A stretch of DNA of 37,008 nucleotides from assembly GCA_963835065.1 (NCBI GenBank), contig CAWIEK010000031.1, positions 1-37,008 of the forward strand. Direction: 5' to 3'. The first letter of the stretch is position 1; each line of letters begins with the position of its first letter. Shown here piece by piece: positions 28,466 to 37,008 of this stretch. The stretch is from an uncultured Chthonomonadaceae bacterium. Lineage in GTDB: Bacteria; Armatimonadota; Chthonomonadetes; Chthonomonadales; Chthonomonadaceae. The position numbers and the translations under genes are program-made. A model generated the notes under the pieces. It was not told the DNA's origin and ran no database searches. It was given only the letters and a program-made list of their open reading frames with translations.

Positions 28466-30081
28466 GGGCGGCGTTCCGGGACGGGCGCGGCGGGCGCAAG
28501 ATGAACGGTCACGCTGGGCTGTGAAAGCAGATAGGAACTGACAAATCGCTGAACGTCACCGGCAGTTATCGCCTGTAACCGGGCGCGCAAGGCTTCCGGT
28601 TCCAAATCTCCGACGACATCCGCGTAGCCGATGGCATAGGCAAGGCCGGCGTTAGTTTCCATATCGGCCTGCATCCGGCCAAGAATGTGGCTGCGCGCGG
28701 CTTGCAGTTCCCTTTGTGTCGGCGGATGGGCGCGTAAATCCGCCACAAGCGCGCGCAGTTGGGCGAGGCGATTCGTCGTTGGGCGCGGGTTTGTTTCCTG
28801 TAATGTGAGCATCCACAGGCTGCCGTCCAGTCGGGGCGTATAACGCGCGGTGGCGTGGGCAGAAACGAATTCGGCGGCGCGCACACGTCCGTACTCGCGG
28901 GAATCGCCTATCATTTCCGCCACCATCCGCGCCGCCAATGTCATGGTGTGGTCGCGTGCAGGCGGGCCGGGAAACGCCAGCCCGATCAGATCATCAGGAA
29001 AGGCGCTTGTTTCCTCGACGCTCACAAGGGGAAGCCGGGGAACGGCAAAAGTTTGTTCTTTATCCTGCGCGGCTTCAAGAGTTTGCGGCAATTGTCGTTG
29101 CTGTTCGGCAGACGAGCGCGGCGTGGAAGGCTCAAGCGGCCCGGAAGGAAGCAGGGGCGCAATGGGCAAGGGCTGCCAATCCCCGAACGCTTCACGGGCA
29201 ATCTGCCGCGCCTGCGCACTGGAAATATCCCCGGCCAGCACAAGAGTACAGCGCTCCGGGCGATACGCGCGGGCGTAAAAAGCGGCCAGTGTGTCGCGCC
29301 CGCGCAGGCGGATGGCCGCGCCGGAACCGCCGGGCGAGCGTCCGTAAGGCTGCGTGGGGAAAGCGCGTACATACAGCAAATCTATCAAATGCGCCGTCGG
29401 GTCGCTGTCATGGGCGGCGAGTTCGTCCAAAATCACGCCTCGTTCGCGTTCCACTTCCATTGCGGGCAGTGTGGCATTGCGGGCGACATCGGCCAGAATG
29501 TGTAAGGCTTCCGAGACATGCGTGGCTGCCACAGTGGTATAAAAATGGGCGTAATCAGGGCCGGTTGCCGCCGTCAGGGATGCGCCCAGGTTTTCTATAT
29601 CCATGTCCGCCTGCCCCGCCGCGCGATTGCTCGTGCCCTTGAACAGCGTATGCTCCAGAAAGTGGGCGCACCCATCCTCGCCTTCCCTCTCCTCCCGCGC
29701 TCCCGCCCGCACCCACAGGTCAATGGCGACTAAGGGGCTGAGATGGCGTTCGCGCGACAAAACGCGCAGGCCATTGGGAAGCGCAAAGGCGGACGATGTG
29801 TTCGCAGGGTTGGCAGTTTGGGCAGAAACGGATGTACACAAAACACTCACGCAGCAAAGGATTGCGAACTGTTGCGCGACGCACTGAAGCGCTTCGCTGA
29901 TGAGCCTGCGGCTGTTCGTCGGCCTGCGCCGACGAGCGCCATTCACAAGAAGCAACTCGTCCACGCAGGTGGACGAACGGCGGAACGCCCTGTAGCGACG
30001 GAATGAATTCCGTCGCGCCAGCAGACAGGCCAAAAGAAAAATGAGATCAGCGATTTTCACAGTTTTATATTTCGCTTCCAT
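28462..30081 (-). CDS. M16 family zinc peptidase (insulinase-like), catalytic subunit
   Basis: LPNGLRV, G.AHFLEH.LFKGT, ERERGVILDE and Y.P....LV.AGD. Signal-like segment ending SVSAQ. The start is uncertain. Confidence 0.9.
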   Translation of the reverse strand: MEAKYKTVKIADLIFLLACLLARRNSFRRYRAFRRSSTCVDELLLVNGARRRRPTNSRRLISEALQCVAQQFAILCCVSVLCTSVSAQTANPANTSSAFALPNGLRVLSRERHLSPLVAIDLWVRAGAREEREGEDGCAHFLEHTLFKGTSNRAAGQADMDIENLGASLTAATGPDYAHFYTTVAATHVSEALHILADVARNATLPAMEVERERGVILDELAAHDSDPTAHLIDLLYVRAFPTQPYGRSPGGSGAAIRLRGRDTLAAFYARAYRPERCTLVLAGDISSAQARQIAREAFGDWQPLPIAPLLPSGPLEPSTPRSSAEQQRQLPQTLEAAQDKEQTFAVPRLPLVSVEETSAFPDDLIGLAFPGPPARDHTMTLAARMVAEMIGDSREYGRVRAAEFVSAHATARYTPRLDGSLWMLTLQETNPRPTTNRLAQLRALVADLRAHPPTQRELQAARSHILGRMQADMETNAGLAYAIGYADVVGDLEPEALRARLQAITAGDVQRFVSSYLLSQPSVTVHLAPAAPVPERRP

Positions 30082-30231
30082 GCAGCCTGAATCCTGCCGC
30101 AAGCCTGTGTTCGCGTAATCGCATGGAATAACAGCCTTGCCGCAGGAACAAAAAGAAAACAACGCAGTATTGAGAAACAGGACGCTTCCATTGGCGTCTA
30201 ACAGATAGCAACCCTCATTCTAACACAAGCA

Positions 30232-33200
30232 ATGCTCGCTCTGGAGATATGGAAACCTATGCAACGCACTCGCAAACAGCAGCGCCATCCGGCCCTCCCC
30301 TGCTTTTCCGGCAGGTCTACGAATGGTTTGAACGTTCTGCCTTTGTCGCGGCTGGCTGCCGGGGGCATGCTGACGCTGCTGTCCGCGCTGCCCCTGTCGG
30401 CGACGGCGCAGAACCGCCCGTCCGGCAGAAATACGCCCCCGCAGCCCGGTATCCGGGCGAATGTACAGCGGCCCGCATTTGAGACTCCCCCAGTCGGCAG
30501 AACCGGATTGGCGCTGAACATTTCCGCGGAAAGCGCCCCGTACCATCTGGATTGGAACGGAACATCGGGCACGCTCACGCGGCGAGCGCTCGGCGCGCAG
30601 CCCGAAGTGCGCCTGCCCCTGACCTATATCCATTCGGAACCCGGCCCCAAAGGGTACTCCAAATATCTCGCGTGGTTTCTCGCCCGTGACAAAGACCATT
30701 TCAGCATCGTGTGGGCGTATCTCAACGACGGCGGGCGCGAATTTTTCTGTTGGGTGTACCAGTACCCCTCCAACCAACTGACCAGTTTGCGCTTTACGGG
30801 CGATTACCGCTTCGCGCCCCTGCCGGAACCCGTCGCGCCCACCCAATTTACGGAACTGTCCAATCAGGTCATCCCCTCCTACACCGGCCCGGATTTCAAA
30901 TACCGCGACTGGACCCGGCGCAGCGGCCTGCTCGATACCCTGCAATTGCAGCCCGCCGGCGTCACTTCCTTCGCCGCGCCGCTTGAGCAGCCGGGGATAG
31001 GCAACAGGGGACAGGGAGCAGGGAACAGTCAATCCCCAATCCCCAATCCTCAATCGGCAATCGGCAATCGGCAATCGCCAATCGCCAATTCCTCCAAAAG
31101 CGTGTCGGGATTGCGCGTGTATCCCCTGCACGAGATACAGGTGGCGAAGGGGAACGGGTGGCGGGACGGTGGATGGCGCGAACTGCATGCCCTTGCGTAT
31201 GACAGCGCCAGTGACCCGTACTACCTCATCCTGTACAGCAACGCCACAAAGGGCTATGTGGTAGACCTGAAGCGGGCGCAAACCTACGTGGCGGATTTCG
31301 GGGCAACCGTTGTCTTTTCCAATGACAATACCGTGTTCGGCTCCAAAGAAGAAACGGTTGTCGGGCCGCCGGACGCGCGGATTCGCCGCTACGCCCGCGT
31401 GGAACTCCCGCTTGTCACCACCCAAAAGTACGCCAATCCTTATAGCAACGTGGATGTGTACATGGATTTTCGCGGCCCGGACGGGAAAACCGTGACCGTG
31501 CCCGGCTATTGGGATGGCGGGCAGACGTGGCGCGTCCGCTTTACGCCCACGCTGGCAGGCCGGTATTCATGGCGCAGTTATTCGACGGATACCGAACTGG
31601 GCGATCAGGTCGGCTCGTTTACCTGCGTGGCCGATGACACCAACAGCAGGGGCTTCGTGACCGTCAACGCGCAGCGCTTTTACCCGCATAGTTTTGCGTC
31701 CGCGAACGGCCTGCCCTTCTTCCCCGTCTTCCTGCGCGATCCGGTACACTATTTCCCCGCGCCGGATACGTCTCCCGCGCCTGCCGCTGCGCCGAAAGTT
31801 CCGGCAAAAGCGCCCGCAAGCGCGGCGGGAGAAGTAAGCCTGACAATCCCCCTGCAAGACAACGGCGGTTTGCCAAGTCAGAACAACCGCGCCTTGCCGG
31901 GGCAGAGCAACCCGCTTGCGCCGATGCAGGACAAGAGTACGGGAACAGGCTCACCCCTCGACACGCCTCTTGACGACCCGACGCTGCTGGATTTGAACTC
32001 TCAGAACACGCCGCGCACGTTTACCGCGTTTACCCGGCGCGTGGACGATGCCGCAGCGGTTGGCTTCAATCGCTTTTGGGGCGGCTGGCTGCTTGACCCG
32101 ACCCTGTTTTCGCAGCACAAGCAGGCGAATGAGGGCGGCGCTCCGTTCGTGAATTACGATCTGGACACTATCAACCCGGAGTATTTTCAGTGGATGGACC
32201 GGCGCATCGCGTACTGCAACGAGCGCGGCATCGTGCCCGACATCGGTATTACCGATATTGGCGCGCCGCTGCTGCAGGAAGCGTCGCCCATACAGATAAG
32301 CCGCCTGTGGAAGTACGCGCTGGCCCGCTACTCCGCTTTCAACGTCAACTGGAATCTGTTCGGCAAAGCGCCCAACAACCCGTATCCGCCGGACGTGAAC
32401 TCGTGGGTAGAGCCATTGGCGACCTTGACGGACCATTATGACCCGATAGGGCATCCTCTAACATTGGTGGTTCCCAATTCCGCGCCGCAAGCCAACGTTG
32501 TTCGCCCGGCGGGAGCGCCCACAGGCCCGCCCACAATCATACGGCCCGATAACCCCGTGATTATTCGCCCGGATGTGCCGGGAAATGGCGGCGCGGGTTC
32601 CAATCCGACTGTGATTACGCCACAAACGCCCGTGCCGAACACGCCACAGGCAGGAACGCCCGGAAACGCGGGAACATCCCGAAGCGCGGGCACACCGGGA
32701 ACTCCGGGAACGCCCAACGCCCCGCAAATACCCGGCAGCAACAACCGGCGTAACGGCAATCGCGGCAACAACGGCGCTAACAACAGCGGCAACAACGGAG
32801 GGCAGAATCCGGGACGCAGCGCGACAGGCGCGAATCGGCGCGGGGCAAACGCCAATGGCCGCGCGACTGGCGCGGGAACGCAAGTGCCGAACGCGCCCGG
32901 TACGACTTCGGGCGGTCAGCCCGTTCCGGGTTCGCCTGCCAATGGCTTCCCACAAAATCAAGGCACGCCCAACGGCTTTCCTTCCAATGGCGATCCCGCG
33001 AACGGCTTTCCGGCGAACGGCTTTCCGGCGAATGGATTTCCCGCCAATGGATTCCCTGCCAACGGATTTCCTTCCGGCGGGCAGTTCCCCAACCGCTCCG
33101 CAGGCGCGAATATGGGCGCGGCGCAAGGAATGGGGGGAGACCCGCGTATGCAGGGACGGGGCAGCCGTCAGCGCGGCGGACGCGGGCGCAATGGCTTTGG

Positions 33201-34296
33201 CGGCTTCGGGGGCGCGAATGGCAGCGGCGGCGCTCTCGGCGCAACTGAAGTTACGGGCAATACCACGTCAAACGATTACATAACGAATGTAGACCCGGAT
33301 GTGGCTGCCGCCTTGCGCTCAGACCGCGCCGCGCAGCATGGCCCTGCGCAACCGACTTCCATACCCCTCGTGCGCTATGCCCACGCCGACTGGCTGGATG
33401 TGATTACCCTTGCCGGCGGCGATTTGAGTACGCTGAAATACGACTACAATCTGAACAAGCCGCTGGTCGTGCAGGACATTACCGGGGTGGACGCGACGGA
33501 CGCCACGCGGCATCGGCTGTGGCAAACCGTGATGCAGGGCGGCTTCTGGCAGGGGGCGGCGACCGCCAATACAGGCGTTGCCGATCCGCTCAACAGCGCC
33601 CTTGCGCGGTGGCAGCTTGCCTGCGCCCGCCTGTTCAAGCAGACGCAGTACACGCGCCTGATTCCCCATCAGGATATGATCGGCGGGCCGGAAGAAAGCC
33701 CGTTCGAGCGGCGGCGGCGGAAGCGGGCGCAGGCGGAATTGGCTTTTGAAAACGCGCAGCCGGGGTCCGGCGCGTCCACGACAGACCCCGGCAATGCGAC
33801 CGGCAGAGGAACCAATGCCCCGAACGCGCCGGGCAATCCGAACTTTCCGGGCCGCGCAAGCGATACGGGCGGGCAGAACGCGCCGGGTACGCCCAATGGC
33901 AGCGGGCAGCCGTTGCCCGGTCTGAATGGCGGCGGTGACGAGTTCGGGAATGACTTTCCCGGCGGGTTCCCATCGCCCAACATGCCTGCCGTTCCGGCGA
34001 AGGCCACGCCGGGGGCGATTTACGTGCTTGCCGATCCCGGATGGGAGTACGTCGTGTACTTTGAAAGCGGCGGCGCGATCACCCTCGACCTGCTGGAATC
34101 CATTGGAACCATCCGCCAATCATGGTTCAACCCGCGCACGGGCGAATACGCCAGCCAGGAAACGATGAAGGGCGGCATTTACAAAACCTTCACCGCCCCA
34201 GACAGCAATGACTGGGTGCTGCTGCTGTCCCGTCGTCCCGAAGCGCAGCCGCAAAGGAACACAGGCACGGTCAGGACAGCCAGTGACATCCGTTAA
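30232..34296 (+). CDS. large secreted protein with DUF5060, DUF4038 (GH140 apiosidase-like) and putative collagen-binding domains, carrying low-complexity inserts
   Basis: Signal peptide (LSATAQ). NPY..V...F.GPDG....VPGYWDG..TWRVRFTP...G.Y.W (DUF5060). INPEYFQ.MDRRI and LARYSAFNV.W (DUF4038). Y.LA.PG.EYVVY...WFNPRTG...P...DWVLLL at the C-terminus. Confidence 0.8.
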   Translation: MLALEIWKPMQRTRKQQRHPALPCFSGRSTNGLNVLPLSRLAAGGMLTLLSALPLSATAQNRPSGRNTPPQPGIRANVQRPAFETPPVGRTGLALNISAESAPYHLDWNGTSGTLTRRALGAQPEVRLPLTYIHSEPGPKGYSKYLAWFLARDKDHFSIVWAYLNDGGREFFCWVYQYPSNQLTSLRFTGDYRFAPLPEPVAPTQFTELSNQVIPSYTGPDFKYRDWTRRSGLLDTLQLQPAGVTSFAAPLEQPGIGNRGQGAGNSQSPIPNPQSAIGNRQSPIANSSKSVSGLRVYPLHEIQVAKGNGWRDGGWRELHALAYDSASDPYYLILYSNATKGYVVDLKRAQTYVADFGATVVFSNDNTVFGSKEETVVGPPDARIRRYARVELPLVTTQKYANPYSNVDVYMDFRGPDGKTVTVPGYWDGGQTWRVRFTPTLAGRYSWRSYSTDTELGDQVGSFTCVADDTNSRGFVTVNAQRFYPHSFASANGLPFFPVFLRDPVHYFPAPDTSPAPAAAPKVPAKAPASAAGEVSLTIPLQDNGGLPSQNNRALPGQSNPLAPMQDKSTGTGSPLDTPLDDPTLLDLNSQNTPRTFTAFTRRVDDAAAVGFNRFWGGWLLDPTLFSQHKQANEGGAPFVNYDLDTINPEYFQWMDRRIAYCNERGIVPDIGITDIGAPLLQEASPIQISRLWKYALARYSAFNVNWNLFGKAPNNPYPPDVNSWVEPLATLTDHYDPIGHPLTLVVPNSAPQANVVRPAGAPTGPPTIIRPDNPVIIRPDVPGNGGAGSNPTVITPQTPVPNTPQAGTPGNAGTSRSAGTPGTPGTPNAPQIPGSNNRRNGNRGNNGANNSGNNGGQNPGRSATGANRRGANANGRATGAGTQVPNAPGTTSGGQPVPGSPANGFPQNQGTPNGFPSNGDPANGFPANGFPANGFPANGFPANGFPSGGQFPNRSAGANMGAAQGMGGDPRMQGRGSRQRGGRGRNGFGGFGGANGSGGALGATEVTGNTTSNDYITNVDPDVAAALRSDRAAQHGPAQPTSIPLVRYAHADWLDVITLAGGDLSTLKYDYNLNKPLVVQDITGVDATDATRHRLWQTVMQGGFWQGAATANTGVADPLNSALARWQLACARLFKQTQYTRLIPHQDMIGGPEESPFERRRRKRAQAELAFENAQPGSGASTTDPGNATGRGTNAPNAPGNPNFPGRASDTGGQNAPGTPNGSGQPLPGLNGGGDEFGNDFPGGFPSPNMPAVPAKATPGAIYVLADPGWEYVVYFESGGAITLDLLESIGTIRQSWFNPRTGEYASQETMKGGIYKTFTAPDSNDWVLLLSRRPEAQPQRNTGTVRTASDIR
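30993..31089 (+). repeat. in-frame heptamer repeat module (GGGAACA-type x5, CAATCCC/CAATCGG-type x8) inside a CDS
   Basis: Encodes GIGNRGQGAGNSQSPIPNPQSAIGNRQSPIAN. Confidence 0.9.
32971..33075 (+). repeat. 15-bp coding tandem repeat (NGFPA-type x7)
   Basis: NGFPS NGDPA NGFPA NGFPA NGFPA NGFPA NGFPS with synonymous codon variation. Confidence 0.9.
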
Positions 34297-34300
34297 ACGT

Positions 34301-34352
34301 CCGTAGGGACACAACATTGCCCATGCGGACACAACATGTTGTGTCCCTACGG
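34301..34352. repeat. GTAG-type REP-like inverted repeat
   Basis: CCGTAGGGACACAACAT (34301-34317) and ATGTTGTGTCCCTACGG (34336-34352) form a perfect 17-bp IR immediately after the stop codon. Confidence 0.75.
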
Positions 34353-34373
34353 GGTTGTTTTTGAGGTTGATTT

Positions 34374-34433
34374 AAGCGTTGGAACGCGCCATGATTCGGC
34401 AACAGCCGAACAATGTGGCGCGTTCCAACGCTT
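34374..34433. repeat. long hairpin (18-bp perfect IR with an inner stem)
   Basis: AAGCGTTGGAACGCGCCA / TGGCGCGTTCCAACGCTT enclosing TTCGGC-AACA-GCCGAA. Confidence 0.75.
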
Positions 34434-34626
34434 TTCCAATGCAAGGCAGGTTCAAAATCGCAAAAGTATGTTAAAGTATAAAAGAGGGATTCGTTCGTAG
34501 TACGTATTTAAGAATAGGAAACGCATTGGCAGTCTGCCGCGCTCTTGCCTGTGGCAATTGAATTTTGCCTGTGGCAGATGAAGCGGCAGGAATTGGCGAT
34601 GCTGGAAAAGCAGGGGAGAAGAGCGC

Positions 34627-36463
34627 ATGGCGTTTGCACCAATGCAGCCGGGCACATTGCTGAACCAACGCTACGAGATACTCGCAGTCGTGGGGCAGGG
34701 GGGCATGGGAACCGTTTACAAAGCGGAGCATGTTCGCCTCCATTCGATTGTGGCCGTCAAGGAGATACGCGGCACGGGCGCGGAAGGCGCGGAAAAGCGG
34801 CAGGAACTGGAGGCTTGCGAACACGAGGCGCAGTTTCTGGTACGCCTGAACCATACGCACCTGCCCAAAGTGACGGATGCGTTCATCGAAAACGACAACT
34901 TTTATCTCATCATGGAGTTTATCGAGGGCGTCACGCTGGACAGCCGATTGGCGTCGGCGGGGGGAGCGCCCGTAGATGTGCTGCAGGGCGTGGAATGGGG
35001 GCTGCAAATCGCCGATGTGCTGGCGTACCTGCACAGTCAGGAACCACCGATTATTTTCCGGGATTTGAAGCCGTCCAATGTGATGGTTCAGCCGGACGGC
35101 GCGATCAAATTGATTGACTTCGGCATCGCCCGCCATTTTCAAGAAGGCGCGTCCAAAGACACGTCGCTGTTGGGCAGCGTGGGCTATTCGCCGCCCGAAC
35201 AATTCGGCAAGGGGCAAACGGATCAGCGCTCGGACGTGTATGCGTTCGGAGCCACGCTGCACCATTTGATTACAGGCCGCGACCCCGCGCTCACACCGTT
35301 CAAATTCGCGCCCGCCAACAAACTGAATCTACAGGTTCCCGACTCGCTGGCGAATCTGCTGGAAATGTGCCTTTCCATTGAGCCGAAAGACCGCCCGCAA
35401 AGCATCAATGTCGCGGCGGTTCAATTGCTGCGGGCGCGGGAAGAACTGGTGCAGCGCCGGGCGCAGGCTGTCGCGCAGCAAGCCGCGCTCAATGCGGTCG
35501 GGCGTTCCCTCGCCGACAGCATGGAACACGCGCCAGCAGGGACGGATTGCGGGCGTTGCCAATCCTGAAGCCTCCGGCGCGTCACAGCGCAAGGAGGGTG
35601 CGAACGGGGAGCGGATTCAGGCCAATCAGGAGACCGGTAAGCCTGCCATCAAGGTGACAACCGCGTCTACGGCCAAAGCGAAAACGGCAAAAACAGCCAC
35701 CTCAAAAACGGCAAACGCAAATACCATGCGGCAGGCGGCATGGCCGATCTTGCTTTTTGTGCTGCTGGCGGGAAGTGGGGCGGCGGTGGTGTATGCCCGA
35801 CACGCCAACGCGAACAAGGTTACAACGCTGACGCCCATTGTCGCGCCGTCCGTGACCGTTAATCCCGTTTCACCTGATCCAAACACGCCGGATACAGTCT
35901 CAAACCCAAATCCAACGCCAACGCCAACCCCGACGCCGACGCCCACTGTGCCGACAACGACAAGCGGGCCGGCGGTTGCGCCCAACACGCCGATTCAGCC
36001 GCCTCCCAACGACAATGTAAGCCTGCAAACGGCGCTGATGGCTCCCGCCAATGACATGCTGCCCATCGTGGTTTCAGGAACCGTGAAGGGGCAAATGGGC
36101 GCGTCCATCCAGTTAGGCGTGTACTTTTTCGACGCCAAAGGCATGCCCATCAACGCAACGGACGCCAATCCCATGTACATCAACGCGCAGCATTATCTGT
36201 GCGCGTACAAAACCCTGACCGTCAACGACGCGGAATACCCCGTGCTGGAAACGCTTTCGATTCCCACGCATCTGCTGGCTTCGATAACACAGCCCGGCCC
36301 CCTAACCTATCAGGCAATCCTGTTTATGAACAACAAGCCCATAGGCGAAACTCCCCGCGCTCCGCTGCCTGCCGCTTCCTACAGCAGCGCGTCCGCCACG
36401 CCGCCCCCATCCCTGAACAAACCCGTTTCGCATGGCGTCGGCATGAGCGAAGGTGGACGCTAA
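34627..36463 (+). CDS. Hanks-type Ser/Thr protein kinase with a TM helix and extracytoplasmic domain (frameshift near 35549)
   Basis: GQGGMGTVY, VAVKE, IIFRDLKPSN, IDFG, GYSPPEQ and SDVYAFG. Removing one T in gattgcgggc joins ORF 35378..36463 (TM WPILLFVLLAGSGAAVVY, PT linker). Confidence 0.88.
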
Positions 36464-36887
36464 ACATTGGTATTATTGTGGGGCAGCACGGCATCTGATA
36501 AATGATGCAGATTTGATAGGTCTAGAGGCCAAAAGGTATGTCCTACAGATGGATGCAATAATGGTATCAAACAACGAGTGGCACCCCTTTTCTTCACTAC
36601 ATGGTTTTATTCGTTTGATTTTGTTAGTAGATTGGGATCCAATCGGCATATTTGGATTTCCTGGTACCCTCAGCCAATATGATCGGTATGCTAATGATGT
36701 GTATAAACTCGTCACTGAACATGCCAGTAGGTATGATGTTATAAGCTACTTGGTACAGGTGCAAACTGAACGCATTGGCATGGCCGTTCGCCAGGAAATC
36801 TTGGAAGATGTCGTAGATAAAATTTTTTATGTTGTAGACACGGTTGAAAAAATCAGCCGACGATTACGCAGGATAAATAAAAGCTAG
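36453..36887 (+). CDS. hypothetical low-GC protein, DUF1871-like (WDPIG...YD.Y)
   Basis: LVDWDPIG...SQYDRYA..V..L motif. The true start may be 36549. Confidence 0.6.
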   Translation: MDAKHWYYCGAARHLINDADLIGLEAKRYVLQMDAIMVSNNEWHPFSSLHGFIRLILLVDWDPIGIFGFPGTLSQYDRYANDVYKLVTEHASRYDVISYLVQVQTERIGMAVRQEILEDVVDKIFYVVDTVEKISRRLRRINKS

Positions 36888-37008
36888 TATTTTTACACTT
36901 TTTGAAGCATGTGAAAAATATGGAGGAACAGTCAAGCTAATCAGCAAGATGAAGATGAGGAGTAGTTACCTATGAATAAGTCACCTGCGGACACGCTGAA
37001 ACACAGTC

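Noticed and set aside
30220..31425. 401-aa minus-strand ORF and other overlapping ORFs within the large gene
   Set aside because: They are shadow frames of the 1354-aa plus-strand CDS, which carries recognisable domains.

Overview
A 37-kb bacterial chromosomal segment, moderately GC-rich with some lower-GC accessory genes. The gene repertoire tentatively suggests Armatimonadota, but this is an unverified inference. The core backbone is hflX, an ECF sigma/zinc anti-sigma/degenerate PilT operon, a NAGPA-like protein, a GrpE-like protein, a RecB-like PD-(D/E)xK nuclease, panBC, uvrA, a cNMP-DUF1003 protein, an M16 peptidase pair, a large DUF5060/DUF4038-type protein and a Ser/Thr kinase. An accessory tract between panC and uvrA (~12.6-20.2 kb) holds a truncated ankyrin gene, an IS5-family element, a putative type II R-M pair, an orphan antitoxin and a VapBC module. 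The most notable observations are: (1) a 1032-bp VapBC cassette with no integrase, bracketed by two synonymously diverged copies of the uvrA 3' end; (2) a consensus sigma54 promoter in front of an apparently non-coding structured ~160-nt unit; (3) families of 7-mer and 9-mer short tandem repeats, one module of which sits in frame inside two unrelated genes; (4) an ECF operon ending in a PilT-like protein with eroded catalytic motifs. About nine single-base frameshifts, two of them in uvrA, suggest uncorrected sequencing indels, so pseudogene calls are tentative. No rRNA, tRNA or CRISPR array was seen.
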